Origin: Eledone cirrhosa
Lineage: Eukaryota
Length of the DNA stretch: 64,000 nucleotides
Assembly (NCBI GenBank): GCA_964016885.1
Contig: OZ024743.1
Coordinates: forward strand, 91,450,001 to 91,514,000
Reading direction: 5' to 3'
Shown here: piece by piece, positions 11,995 through 25,100 of the stretch
Layout of the letters: the number at the start of each line of letters is the position of its first letter
How positions within the stretch are numbered: the first letter of the stretch is position 1
Program-made: the position numbers and the translations under genes
The notes under the pieces: generated by a model
Database searches by the model: none
Told to the model about the DNA's origin: nothing
The model's input: only the letters and a program-made list of their open reading frames with translations

Positions 11995-12182
11995 CAAGCT
12001 TGTGACAGTGGAAACTTCTGGTATTTTTGTTCCCCTAGATGACATCCCTACTCACTGCTATTGGGGCTAAGTTGGATACTGTGAGCTCTATGAGGTGGAA
12101 TAGCTGTTTCACCTCATCACCCTCGCCATTCTCTGGAGCAGTGTCTTCTACATCCTATCCACTGGGACCACAAGGCAGTAAT
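11995..12182 (+). mobile_element. CRE-like RLE 3' fragment, third copy
   Basis: tgtgacagtggaaacttctggtatttt...gaggtggaatagctgtt...agtgtcttctacatcct colinear with 1240-1530. Confidence 0.55.
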
Positions 12183-12312
12183 TTATATTAATATATAATC
12201 AGAGGTTTTAATATTTTCTATTAGATATTTTAAAGATAAGATATTTTTGTGCATTTTGAAAGTGATCAGTTTGGAAGAAGAAAGAAATCTTTTAAATACT
12301 AGATCTTTATAA

Positions 12313-12530
12313 GGGCAGTGAATTGACAGTATCGGTAGAATGTCAGACACTATGCTTCGCAGCATAGAGATACGTCCCTTTACGTTCTAAGTTCAAATCA
12401 CGTTGAAGTTAGATTTGCTTTTCAGCCTTACAAGGTGGATTAAATATAGTACCAGTAATGCACTGGGTTTGATTTAATTGCCCCCCCCTCCCCCTCAAAA
12501 TGGTTGGTCTTGTATCTAAATCAGAAACCA
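12313..12530 (+). mobile_element. SINE family B copy
   Basis: gggcagtgaattgacagtatcggtaga...agttcaaatc...agtaccagtaatgcactggg. Confidence 0.75.
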
Positions 12531-12716
12531 TATACTGTGTCTTTATTTTCTACCCTTTTTATATACTGGGGTCTGATCTGCAACAGCCCCCCACCCCTCT
12601 TCATTGGCGTTCCTTCCTGAGGCTGCTGTCTTTCTGGTTTCATGAAAATCAGCAGTGAGGGGACTGAAGACAGATGAAGTCTCGCCGATGACCGATATGA
12701 AAAGGAAGCAATTGGT

Positions 12717-13170
12717 CATCATCATCACTGTTTAACATCCATTTTTCCACACTGTACGGGAGCCTCCAAAAAGTCAGCTCAAAAGTGACACAGAGGAGAC
12801 TGAGGTTAGCTGGACATGCTCACCGACATCCAGAGTTGACATTGCACTCAGTGCTCCTGTGGGATCCCCTATATGGACACACTGGAAGAGGAAGACGAAG
12901 GTTAACGTATGTTGATGCCCTAAGGACGGACACTGGTCTGTTGGAGACGCAGGACATGGCAGCGATAATGAGGGACAGAGACTGCTGGAGAGAACTCATC
13001 CATGGATCTCGGGAATTTTAGCCGCCATAGATAGATAGATAGATTTCCACACTAGCATGGGTTAGATGAGGTATCCTGTTGTGAACAATGCCAGGTCAGA
13101 TGACCATGACCTGCTCATACAGAACTAATATGGGCTTGGTTTCTACAAATGGATGCTTCCTAAAACCAAC
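12717..13170 (-). mobile_element. SINE family A 3' half (host of the satellite), interrupted by an RTE insertion
   Basis: Reverse complement is colinear with 10920-11100: ggttggttttaggaagcatcc...gtagaaa...tctaacccatgctagtgtggaaaaatggatgttaaacagtgatgatgatg. Confidence 0.85.
12754..13043 (+). mobile_element. 5'-truncated RTE-type LINE with (TAGA)n tail and 10-bp TSD
   Basis: RRLRLAGHAHRH...LLWDP..G..GRGRRRLTYVD; TSD tttccacact at 12744-12753 and 13044-13053. Confidence 0.88.
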
Positions 13171-16100
13171 CTTCTTTACAGTGAGTTCTGGGTACTTTTT
13201 GTTGTGACTCCTACACAAACACTTTACAGTGTGGACTGGGTGCTTTTTGTTGTGACTCCTACACAACCACTTTTCAGTGTGGGCTGGGTATTTTTTGATG
13301 TGACTCCTACATGACCACTTTACAGTGTGGGCTGGTTGCTTTTTGTTGTGACTCCTACACAACCACTTTTCAGTGTGGGCTGGGTATTTTTTGATGTGAC
13401 TCCTACATGACCACTTTACAGTGTGGGCTGGGTGCTTTTTGTTGTGACTCATACATGACCACTTTACAGTGTGGGCTGGGTGCTTTTTGTTGTGACTCCT
13501 ACACAACCACTTTACAGTGTGGGCTGGGTGCTTTTTGTTGTGACTCCTACACAACCACTTTTCAGTGTGGGCTGGGTATTTTTTGATGTGACTCCTACAT
13601 GACCACTTTACAGTGTGGGCTGGTTGCTTTTTGTTGTGACTCCTACACAACCACTTTACAGTGTGGGCTGGGTGCTTTTTGTTGTGACTCATACATGACC
13701 ACTTTACAGTGTGGGCTGGGTGCTTTTTGTTGTGACTCCTACACAACCACTTTACAGTGTGGGCTGGGTGCTTTTTGTTGTGACTCCTATACAACCACTT
13801 TACAGTGTGGGCTGGGTGCTTTTTGTTGTGACTCCTACACAACCACTTTACAGTGTGGGCTGGGTGCTTTTTGTTGTGACTCCTACACAACCACTTTACA
13901 GTGTGGGCTGGGTGCTTTTTGTTGTGACTCATACATGACCACTTTACAGTGTGGGCTGGGTGCTTTTTGTTGTGACTCCTACACAACCACTTTACAATGT
14001 GGGCTTGGTGCTTTTTGTTGTGACTCCTATACAACCACTTTACAGTGTGGGCTGGGTGCTTTTTGTTGTGACTCATACATGATCACTTTACAGTGTGGGC
14101 TGGGTGCTTTTTGTTGTGACTCCTATACAACCACTTTACAGTGTGGGCTGGGTGCTTTTTGTTGTGACTCATACATGATCACTTTACAGTGTGGGCTGGG
14201 TGCTTTTTGTTATGACTCCTACACAACCACTTTACAGTGTGGGCTGGGTGCTTTTTGTTGTGACTCATACATGATCACTTTACAGTGTGGGCTGGGTGCT
14301 TTTTGTTGTGACTCCTACACAACCACTTTACAGTGTGGGCTGGGTGCTTTTTGTTATGACTCCTACACAACCACTTTACAGTGTGGGCTGGGTGCTTTTT
14401 GTTGTGACTCATACATGACCACTTTACAGTGTGGGCTGGGTGCTTTTTGTTGTGACTCCTACACAACCACTTTACAGTGTGGGCTGGGTGCTTTTTGTTA
14501 TGACTCCTACACAACCACTTTACAGTGTGGGCTGGGTGCTTTTTGTTGTGACTCATAAACAACCACTTTACAGTGTGGGCTGGGTGCTTTTTGTTGTGAC
14601 TCCTCCACAACCACTATACAGTGTGGCCTGGGTGCTTTTTGTTGTGACACCTACACAACCACTTTACGGTGTGGGCTGGGTGCTTTTTGTTGTGACTCCT
14701 ACATGACCACTTTACAGTGTGGACTGGTTGCTTTTTGTTGTGACTCCTACACAACCACTTTACAGTGTAGGCTGGGTGCTTTTTGTTGTGACTCATACAT
14801 GACCACTTTACAGTGTGGACTGAGTGTTTTTTGTTGTGACTCCTACACAACCACTTTACAGTGTGGGCTGCGTGCTTTTTGTTGTGACTCATAAACAACC
14901 ACTTTACAGTGTGGGCTGGGTGCTTTTTGTTGTGACTCCTCCACAACCACTATACAGTGTGGCCTGGGTGCTTTTTGTTGTGACACCTACACAACCACTT
15001 TACGGTGTGGGCTGGGTGCTTTTTGTTGTGACTCCTACATGACCACTTTACAGTGTGGATTGGTTGCTTTTTGTTGTGACTCCTACACAACCACTTTACA
15101 GTGTAGGCTGGGTGCTTTTTGTTGTGACTCATACATGACCACTTTACAGTGTGGACTGAGTGTTTTTTGTTGTGACTCCTACACAACCACTTTACAGTGT
15201 GGGCTGCGTGCTTTTTGTTGTGACTCCTACACAACCACTTTACAGTGTGGGCTGGGTGCTTTTTGTTGTGACTCCTACACAACCATTTTACAGTGTGGAC
15301 TGGTTGCTTTTTGTTGTGACTCCTACACAACCACTTTACATTGTAGGCTGGGTGCTTTTTGTTGTGACTCATACATGACCACTTTACAGTGTGGACTGAG
15401 TGTTTTTTGTTGTGACTCCTACACAACCACTTTACAGTGTGGGCTGGGTGCTTTTTGTTGTGACTCCTATATGACCACTTTACAGTCTGGGCTGGGTGCT
15501 TTTTGTTGTGACTCCTACATGACCACTTTACATTGTGGGCTGGGTGCTTTTTGTTGTGACTCCTACACAACCACTTTACAGTGTGGGCTGGGTGCTTTTT
15601 GTTGTGACTCATACATGATCACTTTACAGTGTGGACTGGGTGCTTTTTGTTGTGACTCCTACACAACCACTTTACAGTGTGGGCTGGGTGCTTTTTGTTG
15701 TGACTCCTCCACAACCACTATACAGTGTGGCCTGGGTGCTTTTTGTTGTGACACCTACACAACCACTTTACAGTGTGGAATGGGTGCTTTTTGTTGTGAC
15801 TCCTACACGACCACTTTACAGTGTGGGCTGGGTGCTTTTTGTTGTGACTCCTACATGACCACTTTACATTGTGGGCTGGGTGCTTTTTGTTGTGACTCCT
15901 ACATGACCACTTTACAGTGTGGACTGGTTGCTTTTTGTTGTGACTCCTACACAACCACTTTACAGTGTGGGCTGGGTGCTTTTTGTTGTGACTCCTACAC
16001 AACCACTTTACAGTGTGGGCTGGGTGCTTTTTGTTGTGACTCCTACATGACCACTTTACATTGTGGGCTGGGTGCTTTTTGTTGTGACTCCTACACAACC

Positions 16101-19100
16101 ACTTTACAGTGTGGGCTGGGTGCTTTTTGTTGTGGCTCATACATGATCACTTTACAGTGTGGACTGGGTGCTTTTTGTTGTGACTCCTACACAACCACTT
16201 TACAGTGTGGGCTGGGTGCTTTTTGTTGTGACTCATACATAAATCACTTTACAGTGTGGACTGGGTGCTTTTTGTTGTGACTCCTACACAACCACTTTAC
16301 AGTGTGGGCTGGGTGCTTTTTGTTGTGACTCCTACATGACCACTTTACATTGTGGGCTGAGTGCTTTTTATTGTGACTCCTACATGACCACTTTACAGAG
16401 TGGACTGGTTGCTTTTTGTTGTGACTCCTACACAACCACTTTACAGTGTGGGCTGGGTGCTTTTTGTTGTGACTCCTACACAACCACTTTACAGTGTGGG
16501 CTGGGTGCTTCTTGTTGTGACTCCTATATGACCACTTTATATTGTGGGCTGGGTGCTTTTTGTTGTGACTCCTACACAACCACTTTACAGTGTAGGCTGG
16601 GTGCTTTTTGTTGTGACTCATACATGACCACTTTACAGTGTGGACTGAGTGTTTTTTGTTGTGACTCCTACACAACCACTTTACAGTGTGGGCTGGGTGC
16701 TTTTTGTTGTGACTCCTATATGACCAATTTACAGTCTGGGCTGGGTGCTTTTTGTTGTGACTCCTACATGACCACTTTACATTGTGGGCTGGGTGCTTTT
16801 TGTTGTGACTCCTACACAACCACTTTACAGTGTGGGCTGGGTGCTTTTTGTTGTGACTCATACATGATCACTTTACAGTGTGGACTGGGTGCTTTTTGTT
16901 GTGACTCCTACACAACCACTTTACAGTGTGGGCTGGGTGCTTTTTGTTGTGACTCCTCCACAACCACTATACAGTGTGGCCTGGGTGCTTTTTGTTGTGA
17001 CACCTACACAACCACTTTACAGTGTGGGCTGGGTGCTTTTTGTTGTGACTCCTACACGACCACTTTACAGTGTGGGCTGGGTGTTTTTTGTTGTGACTCC
17101 TACATGACCACTTTACATTGTGGGCTGGGTGCTTTTTGTTGTGACTCCTACATGACCACTTTACAGTGTGGACTGGTTGCTTTTTGTTGTGACTCCTACA
17201 CAACCACTTTACAGTGTGGGCTGGGTGCTTTTTGTTGTGACTCCTACACAACCACTTTACAGTGTGGGCTGGGTGCTTTTTGTTGTGACTCCTACATGAC
17301 CACTTTACATTGTGGGCTGGGTGCTTTTTGTTGTGACTCCTACACAACCACTTTACAGTTTGGGCTGGGTGCTTTTTGTTGTGGCTCATACATGATCACT
17401 TTACAGTGTGGACTGGGTGCTTTTTGTTGTGACTCCTACACAACCACTTTACAGTGTGGGCTGGGTGCTTTTTGTTATGACTCCTACACAACCACTTTAC
17501 AGTGTGGGCTGGGTGCTTTTTGTTGTGACTCATACATGATCACTTTACAGTGTGGACTGGGTGCTTTTTGTTGTGACTCATAAACAACCACTTTACAGTG
17601 TGGGCTGGGTGCTTTTTGTTGTGACTCCTCCACAACCACTATACAGTGTGGCCTGGGTGCTTTTTGTTGTGACACCTACACAACCACTTTACGGTGTGGG
17701 CTGGGTGCTTTTTGTTGTGACTCCTACATGACCACTTTACAGTGTGGACTGGTTGCTTTTTGTTGTGACTCCTACACAACCACTTTACAGTGTAGGCTGG
17801 GTGCTTTTTGTTGTGACTCATACACGACCACTTTACAGTGTGGACTGAGTGTTTTTTGTTGTGACTCCTACACAACCACTTTACAGTGTGGGCTGCGTGC
17901 TTTTTGTTGTGACTCCTACACAACCACTTTACAGTGTGGGCTGGGTGCTTTTTGTTGTGACTCCTACACAACCATTTTACAGTGTGGACTGGTTGCTTTT
18001 TGTTGTGACTCCTACACAACCACTTTACATTGTAGGCTGGGTGCTTTTTGTTGTGACTCATACATGACCACTTTACAGTGTGGACTGAGTGTTTTTTGTT
18101 GTGACTCCTACACAACCACTTTACAGTGTGGGCTGGGTGCTTTTTGTTGTGACTCCTATATGACCACTTTACAGTCTGGGCTGGGTGCTTTTTGTTGTGA
18201 CTCCTACATGACCACTTTACATTGTGGGCTGGGTGCTTTTTGTTGTGACTCCTACACAACCACTTTACAGTGTGGGCTGGGTGCTTTTTGTTGTGACTCA
18301 TACATGATCACTTTACAGTGTGGACTGGGTGCTTTTTGTTGTGACTCCTACACAACCACTTTACAGTGTGGGCTGGGTGCTTTTTGTTGTGACTCCTCCA
18401 CAACCACTATACAGTGTGGCCTGGGTGCTTTTTGTTGTGACACCTACACAACCACTTTACAGTGTGGACTGGGTGCTTTTTGTTGTGACTCCTACACGAC
18501 CACTTTACAGTGTGGGCTGGGTGCTTTTTGTTGTGACTCCTACATGACCACTTTACATTGTGGGCTGGGTGCTTTTTGTTGTGACTCCTACATGACCACT
18601 TTACAGTGTGGACTGGTTGCTTTTTGTTGTGACTCCTACACAACCACTTTACAGTGTGGGCTGGGTGCTTTTTGTTGTGACTCCTACACAACCACTTTAC
18701 AGTGTGGGCTGGGTGCTTTTTGTTGTGGCTCATACATGATCACTTTACAGTGTGGACTGGGTGCTTTTTGTTGTGACTCCTACACAACCACTTTACAGTG
18801 TGGGCTGGGTGCTTTTTGTTGTGACTCATACATAAATCACTTTACAGTGTGGACTGGGTGCTTTTTGTTGTGACTCCTACACAACCACTTTACAGTGTGG
18901 GCTGGGTGCTTTTTGTTGTGACTCCTACATGACCACTTTACATTGTGGGCTGAGTGCTTTTTATTGTGACTCCTACATGACCACTTTACAGAGTGGACTG
19001 GTTGCTTTTTGTTGTGACTCCTACACAACCACTTTACAGTGTGGGCTGGGTGCTTTTTGTTGTGACTCCTACACAACCACTTTACAGTGTGGGCTGGGTG

Positions 19101-22100
19101 CTTTTTGTTGTGACTCCTACATGACCACTTTATATTGTGGGCTGGGTGCTTTTTGTTCTGACTCCTACACAACCACTTTACAGTGTAGGCTGGGTGCTTT
19201 TTGTTGTGACTCATACATGACCACTTTACAGTGTGGACTGAGTGTTTTTTGTTGTGACTCCTACACAACCACTTTACAGTGTGGGCTGGGTGCTTTTTGT
19301 TGTGACTCCTATATGACCACTTTACAGTCTGGGCTGGGTGCTTTTTGTTGTGACTCCTACATGACCACTTTACATTGTGGGCTGGGTGCTTTTTGTTGTG
19401 ACTCCTACACAACCACTTTACAGTGTGGGCTGGGTGCTTTTTGTTGTGACTCATACATGATCACTTTACAGTGTGGACTGGGTGCTTTTTGTTGTGACTC
19501 CTACACAACCACTTTACAGTGTGGGCTGGGTGCTTTTTGTTGTGACTCCTCCACAACCACTATACAGTGTGGCCTGGGTGCTTTTTGTTGTGACACCTAC
19601 ACAACCACTTTACAGTGTGGGCTGGGTGCTTTTTGTTGTGACTCCTACACGACCACTTTACAGTGTGGGCTGGGTGCTTTTTGTTGTGACTCCTACATGA
19701 CCACTTTACATTGTGGGCTCGGTGCTTTTTGTTGTGACTCCTACATGACCACTTTACAGTGTGGACTGGTTGCTTTTTGTTGTGACTCCTACACAACCAC
19801 TTTACAGTGTGGGCTGGGTGCTTTTTGTTGTGACTCCTACACAACCACTTTACAGTGTGGGCTGGGTGCTTTTTGTTGTGACTCCTACATGACCACTTTA
19901 CATTGTGGACTGGGTGCTTTTTGTTGTGACTCCTACACAACCACTTTACAGTGTGGGCTGGGTGCTTTTTGTTGTGGCTCATACATGATCACTTTACAGT
20001 GTGGACTGGGTGCTTTTTGTTGTGACTCCTACACAACCACTTTACAGTGTGGGCTGGGTGCTTTTTGTTGTGACTCATACATAAATCACTTTACAGTGTG
20101 GACTGGGGGCTTTTTGTTGTGACTCCTACACAACCACTTTACAGTGTGGGCTGGGTGCTTTTTGTTGTGACTCCTACATGACCACTTTACATTGTGGGCT
20201 GAGTGCTTTTTATTGTGACTCCTACATGACCACTTTACAGAGTGGACTGGTTGCTTTTTGTTGTGACTCCTACACAACCACTTTACAGTGTGGGCTGGGT
20301 GCTTTTTGTTGTGACTCCTACACAACCACTTTACAGTGTGGGCTGGGTGCTTTTTGTTGTGACTCCTACATGACCACTTTATATTGTGGGCTGGGTGCTT
20401 TTTGTTGTGACTCCTACACAACCACTTTACAGTGTAGGCTGGGTGCTTTTTGTTGTGACTCATACATGACCACTTTACAGTGTGGACTGAGTGTTTTTTG
20501 TTGTGACTCCTACACAACCACTTTACAGTGTGGGCTGGGTGCTTTTTGTTGTGACTCCTATATGACCACTTTACAGTCTGGGCTGGGTGCTTTTTGTTGT
20601 GACTCCTACATGACCACTTTACATTGTGGGCTGGGTGCTTTTTGTTGTGACTCCTACACAACCACTTTACAGTGTGGGCTGGGTGCTTTTTGTTGTGACT
20701 CATACATGATCACTTTACAGTGTGGACTGGGTGCTTTTTGTTGTGACTCCTACACAACCACTTTACAGTGTGGGCTGGGTGCTTTTTGTTGTGACTCCTC
20801 CACAACCACTATACAGTGTGGCCTGGGTGCTTTTTGTTGTGACACCTACACAACCACTTTACAGTGTGGGCTGGGTGCTTTTTGTTGTGACTCCTACACG
20901 ACCACTTTACAGTGTGGGCTGGGTGCTTTTTGTTGTGACTCCTATATGACCACTTTACAGTCTGGGCTGGGTGCTTTTTGTTGTGACTCCTACATGACCA
21001 CTTTACATTGTGGGCTGGGTGCTTTTTGTTGTGACTCCTACACAACCACTTTACAGTGTGGGCTGGGTGCTTTTTGTTGTGACTCATACATGATCACTTT
21101 ACAGTGTGGACTGGGTGCTTTTTGTTGTGACTCCTACACAACCACTTTACAGTGTGGGCTGGGTGCTTTTTGTTGTGACTCCTACACAACCACTTTACAG
21201 TGTGGGCTGGGTGCTTTTTGTTGTGACTCCTACATGACCACTTTATATTGTGGGCTGGGTGCTTTTTGTTGTGACTCCTACACAACCACTTTACAGTGTG
21301 GGCTGGGTGCTTTTTGTTGTGGCTCATACATGATCACTTTACAGTGTGGACTGGGTGCTTTTTGTTGTGACTCCTACACAACCACTTTACAGTGTGGGCT
21401 GGGTGCTTTTTGTTGTGACTCATACATAAATCACTTTACAGTGTGGACTGGGTGCTTTTTGTTGTGACTCCTACACAACCACTTTACAGTGTGGGCTGGG
21501 TGCTTTTTGTTGTGACTCCTACACAAACACTTTACAGTGTGGACTGGGTGCTTTTTGTTGTGACTCCTACACAACCACTTTTCAGTGTGGGCTGGGTATT
21601 TTGATGTGACTCCTACATGACCACTTTACAGTGTGGGCTGGTTGCTTTTTGTTGTGACTCCTACACAACCACTTTACAGTGTGGGCTGGGTGCTTCTGTT
21701 GTGACTCCTACATGACCACTTTACATTGTGGACTGGTTGCTTTTTGTTGTGACTCCTACACAACCACTTTACAGTGTGGGCTGGGTGCTTTTTGTTGTGA
21801 CTCCTACACAACCACTTTACAGTGTGGGCTGGGTGCTTTTTGTTGTGACTCCTACATGACCACTTTATATTGTGGGCTGGGTGCTTTTTGTTGTGACTCC
21901 TACACAACCACTTTACAGTGTAGGCTGGGTGCTTTTTGTTGTGACTCATACATGACCACTTTACAGTGTGGACTGAGTGTTTTTTGTTGTGACTCCTACA
22001 CAACCACTTTACAGTGTGGGCTGGGTGCTTTTTGTTGTGACTCCTATATGACCACTTTACAGTCTGGGCTGGGTGCTTTTTGTTGTGACTCCTACATGAC

Positions 22101-25100
22101 CACTTTACATTGTGGGCTGGGTGCTTTTTGTTGTGACTCCTACACAACCACTTTACAGTGTGGGCTGGGTGCTTTTTGTTGTGACTCATACATGATCACT
22201 TTACAGTGTGGACTGGGTGCTTTTTGTTGTGACTCCTACACAACCACTTTACAGTGTGGGCTGGGTGCTTTTTGTTGTGACTCCTCCACAACCACTATAC
22301 AGTGTGGCCTGGGTGCTTTTTGTTGTGACACCTACACAACCACTTTACAGTGTGGGCTGGGTGCTTTTTGTTGTGACTCCTACACGACCACTTTACAGTG
22401 TGGGCTGGGTGCTTTTTGTTGTGACTCCTATATGACCACTTTACAGTCTGGGCTGGGTGCTTTTTGTTGTGACTCCTACATGACCACTTTACATTGTGGG
22501 CTGGGTGCTTTTTGTTGTGACTCCTACACAACCACTTTACAGTGTGGGCTGGGTGCTTTTTGTTGTGACTCATACATGATCACTTTACAGTGTGGACTGG
22601 GTGCTTTTTGTTGTGACTCCTACACAACCACTTTACAGTGTGGGCTGGGTGCTTTTTGTTGTGACTCCTACACAACCACTTTACAGTGTGGGCTGGGTGC
22701 TTTTTGTTGTGACTCCTACATGACCACTTTATATTGTGGGCTGGGTGCTTTTTGTTGTGACTCCTACACAACCACTTTACAGTGTGGGCTGGGTGCTTTT
22801 TGTTGTGGCTCATACATGATCACTTTACAGTGTGGACTGGGTGCTTTTTGTTGTGACTCCTACACAACCACTTTACAGTGTGGGCTGGGTGCTTTTTGTT
22901 GTGACTCATACATAAATCACTTTACAGTGTGGACTGGGTGCTTTTTGTTGTGACTCCTACACAACCACTTTACAGTGTGGGCTGGGTGCTTTTTGTTGTG
23001 ACTCCTACACAAACACTTTACAGTGTGGACTGGGTGCTTTTTGTTGTGACTCCTACACAACCACTTTTCAGTGTGGGCTGGGTATTTTGATGTGACTCCT
23101 ACATGACCACTTTACAGTGTGGGCTGGTTGCTTTTTGTTGTGACTCCTACACAACCACTTTACAGTGTGGGCTGGGTGCTTCTGTTGTGACTCCTACATG
23201 ACCACTTTACATTGTGGGCTGGGTGCTTTTTGTTGTGACTCCTACACAACCACTTTACAGTGTGGGCTTGGTGCTTTTTGTTGTGACTCCTACACAACCA
23301 CTTTACAGTGTGGGCTGGGTGCTTTTTGTTGTGACTCCTACACAACCACTTTACAGTGTGGGCTGTGTGCTTTTTGTTGTGACTCCTACACAACCACTTT
23401 ACAGTGTGGACTGGTTGCTTTTTGTTGTGACTCCTACACAACCACTTTTCAGTGTGGGCTGGGTATTTTGATGTGACTCCTACATGACCACTTTACAGTG
23501 TGGGTGGGTGCTTTTTGTTGTGACTCCTACAAAACCACTTTACAGTGTGGGCTGGGTGCTTTTTGTTGTGACTCATACATGACCACTTTACAGTGTGGGT
23601 TGGGTGCTTTTTGTTGTGACTCCTACACAACCACTATACAGTGTGGGCTGGGTGCTTTTTGTTGTGACTCCTACACAACCACTATACAGTGTGGCCTGGG
23701 TGCTTTTTGTTGTGACTCCTACACAACCACTTTACAGTAGTGGGCTGGGTGCTTTTTGTTGTGACTCCTACATGACCACTTTACAGTGAGGACTGGTTGC
23801 TTTTTGTTGTGACTCCTACACAACCACTTTACAGTGTGGGCTGGGTGCTTTTTGTTGTGACTCCTACACAACCACTTTACAGTGTGGGCTGGGTGCTTTT
23901 CGTTGTGACTCATACATGATCACTTTTCAGTGTGGGCTGGGTGCTTTTTGTTGTGACTCCTAAACAACCACTTTACAGTGTGGGCTGGGTGCTTTTTGTT
24001 GTGACTCCTCCACAACCACTATACAGTGTGGCCTGGGTGCTTTTTGTTGTGACACCTACACAACCACTTTACGGTGTGGGCTGGGTGCTTTTTGTTGTGA
24101 CTCCTACATGACCACTTTACAGTGTGGACTGGTTGCTTTTTGTTGTGACTCCTACACAACCACTTTACAGTGTAGGCTGGGTGCTTTTTGTTGTGACTCA
24201 TACATGACCACTTTACAGTGTGGGCTGGGTGCTTTTTGTTGTGACTCCTACACAACCATTTTACAGTGTGGACTGGTTGCTTTTTGTTGTGACTCCTACA
24301 CAACCACTTTACAGTGTAGGCTGGGTGCTTTTTGTTGTGACTCATACATGACCACTTTACAGTGTGGACTGAGTGTTTTTTGTTGTGACTCCTACACAAC
24401 CACTTTACAGTGTGGGCTCGGTGCTTTTTGTTGTGACTCCTATATGACCACTTTACAGTCTGGGCTGGGTGCTTTTTGTTGTGATTCCTACATGACCACT
24501 TTACAGTGTGGACTGAGTGTTTTTTGTTGTGACTCCTACACAACCACTTTACAGTGTGGGCTGGGTGCTTTTTGTTGTGACTCCTATATGACCACTTTAC
24601 AGTCTGGGCTGGGTGCTTTTTGTTGTGACTCCTACATGACCACTTTACATTGTGGGCTGGGTGCTTTTTGTTGTGACTCTTACACAACCACTATACAGTG
24701 TGGCCTGGGTGCTTTTTGTTGTGACACCTACACAACCACTTTACAGTAGTGGGCTGGGTGCTTTTTGTTGTGACTCCTACATGACCACTTTACAGTGTGG
24801 ACTGGTTGCTTTTTGTTGTGACTCCTACACAACCACTTTACAGTGTGGGCTGGGTGCTTTTTGTTGTGACTCATACATGATCACTTTTCAGTGTGGACTG
24901 GGTGCTTTTTGTTGTGACTCCTAAACAACCACTTTACAGTGTGGGCTGGGTGCTTTTTGTTGTGACTCCTCCACAACCACTATACAGTGTGGCCTGGGTG
25001 CTTTTTGTTGTGACTCCTACACAACCACTTTACGGTGTGGGCTGGGTGCTTTTTGTTGTGACTCCTACATGACCACTTTACAGTGTGGACTGGTTGCTTT

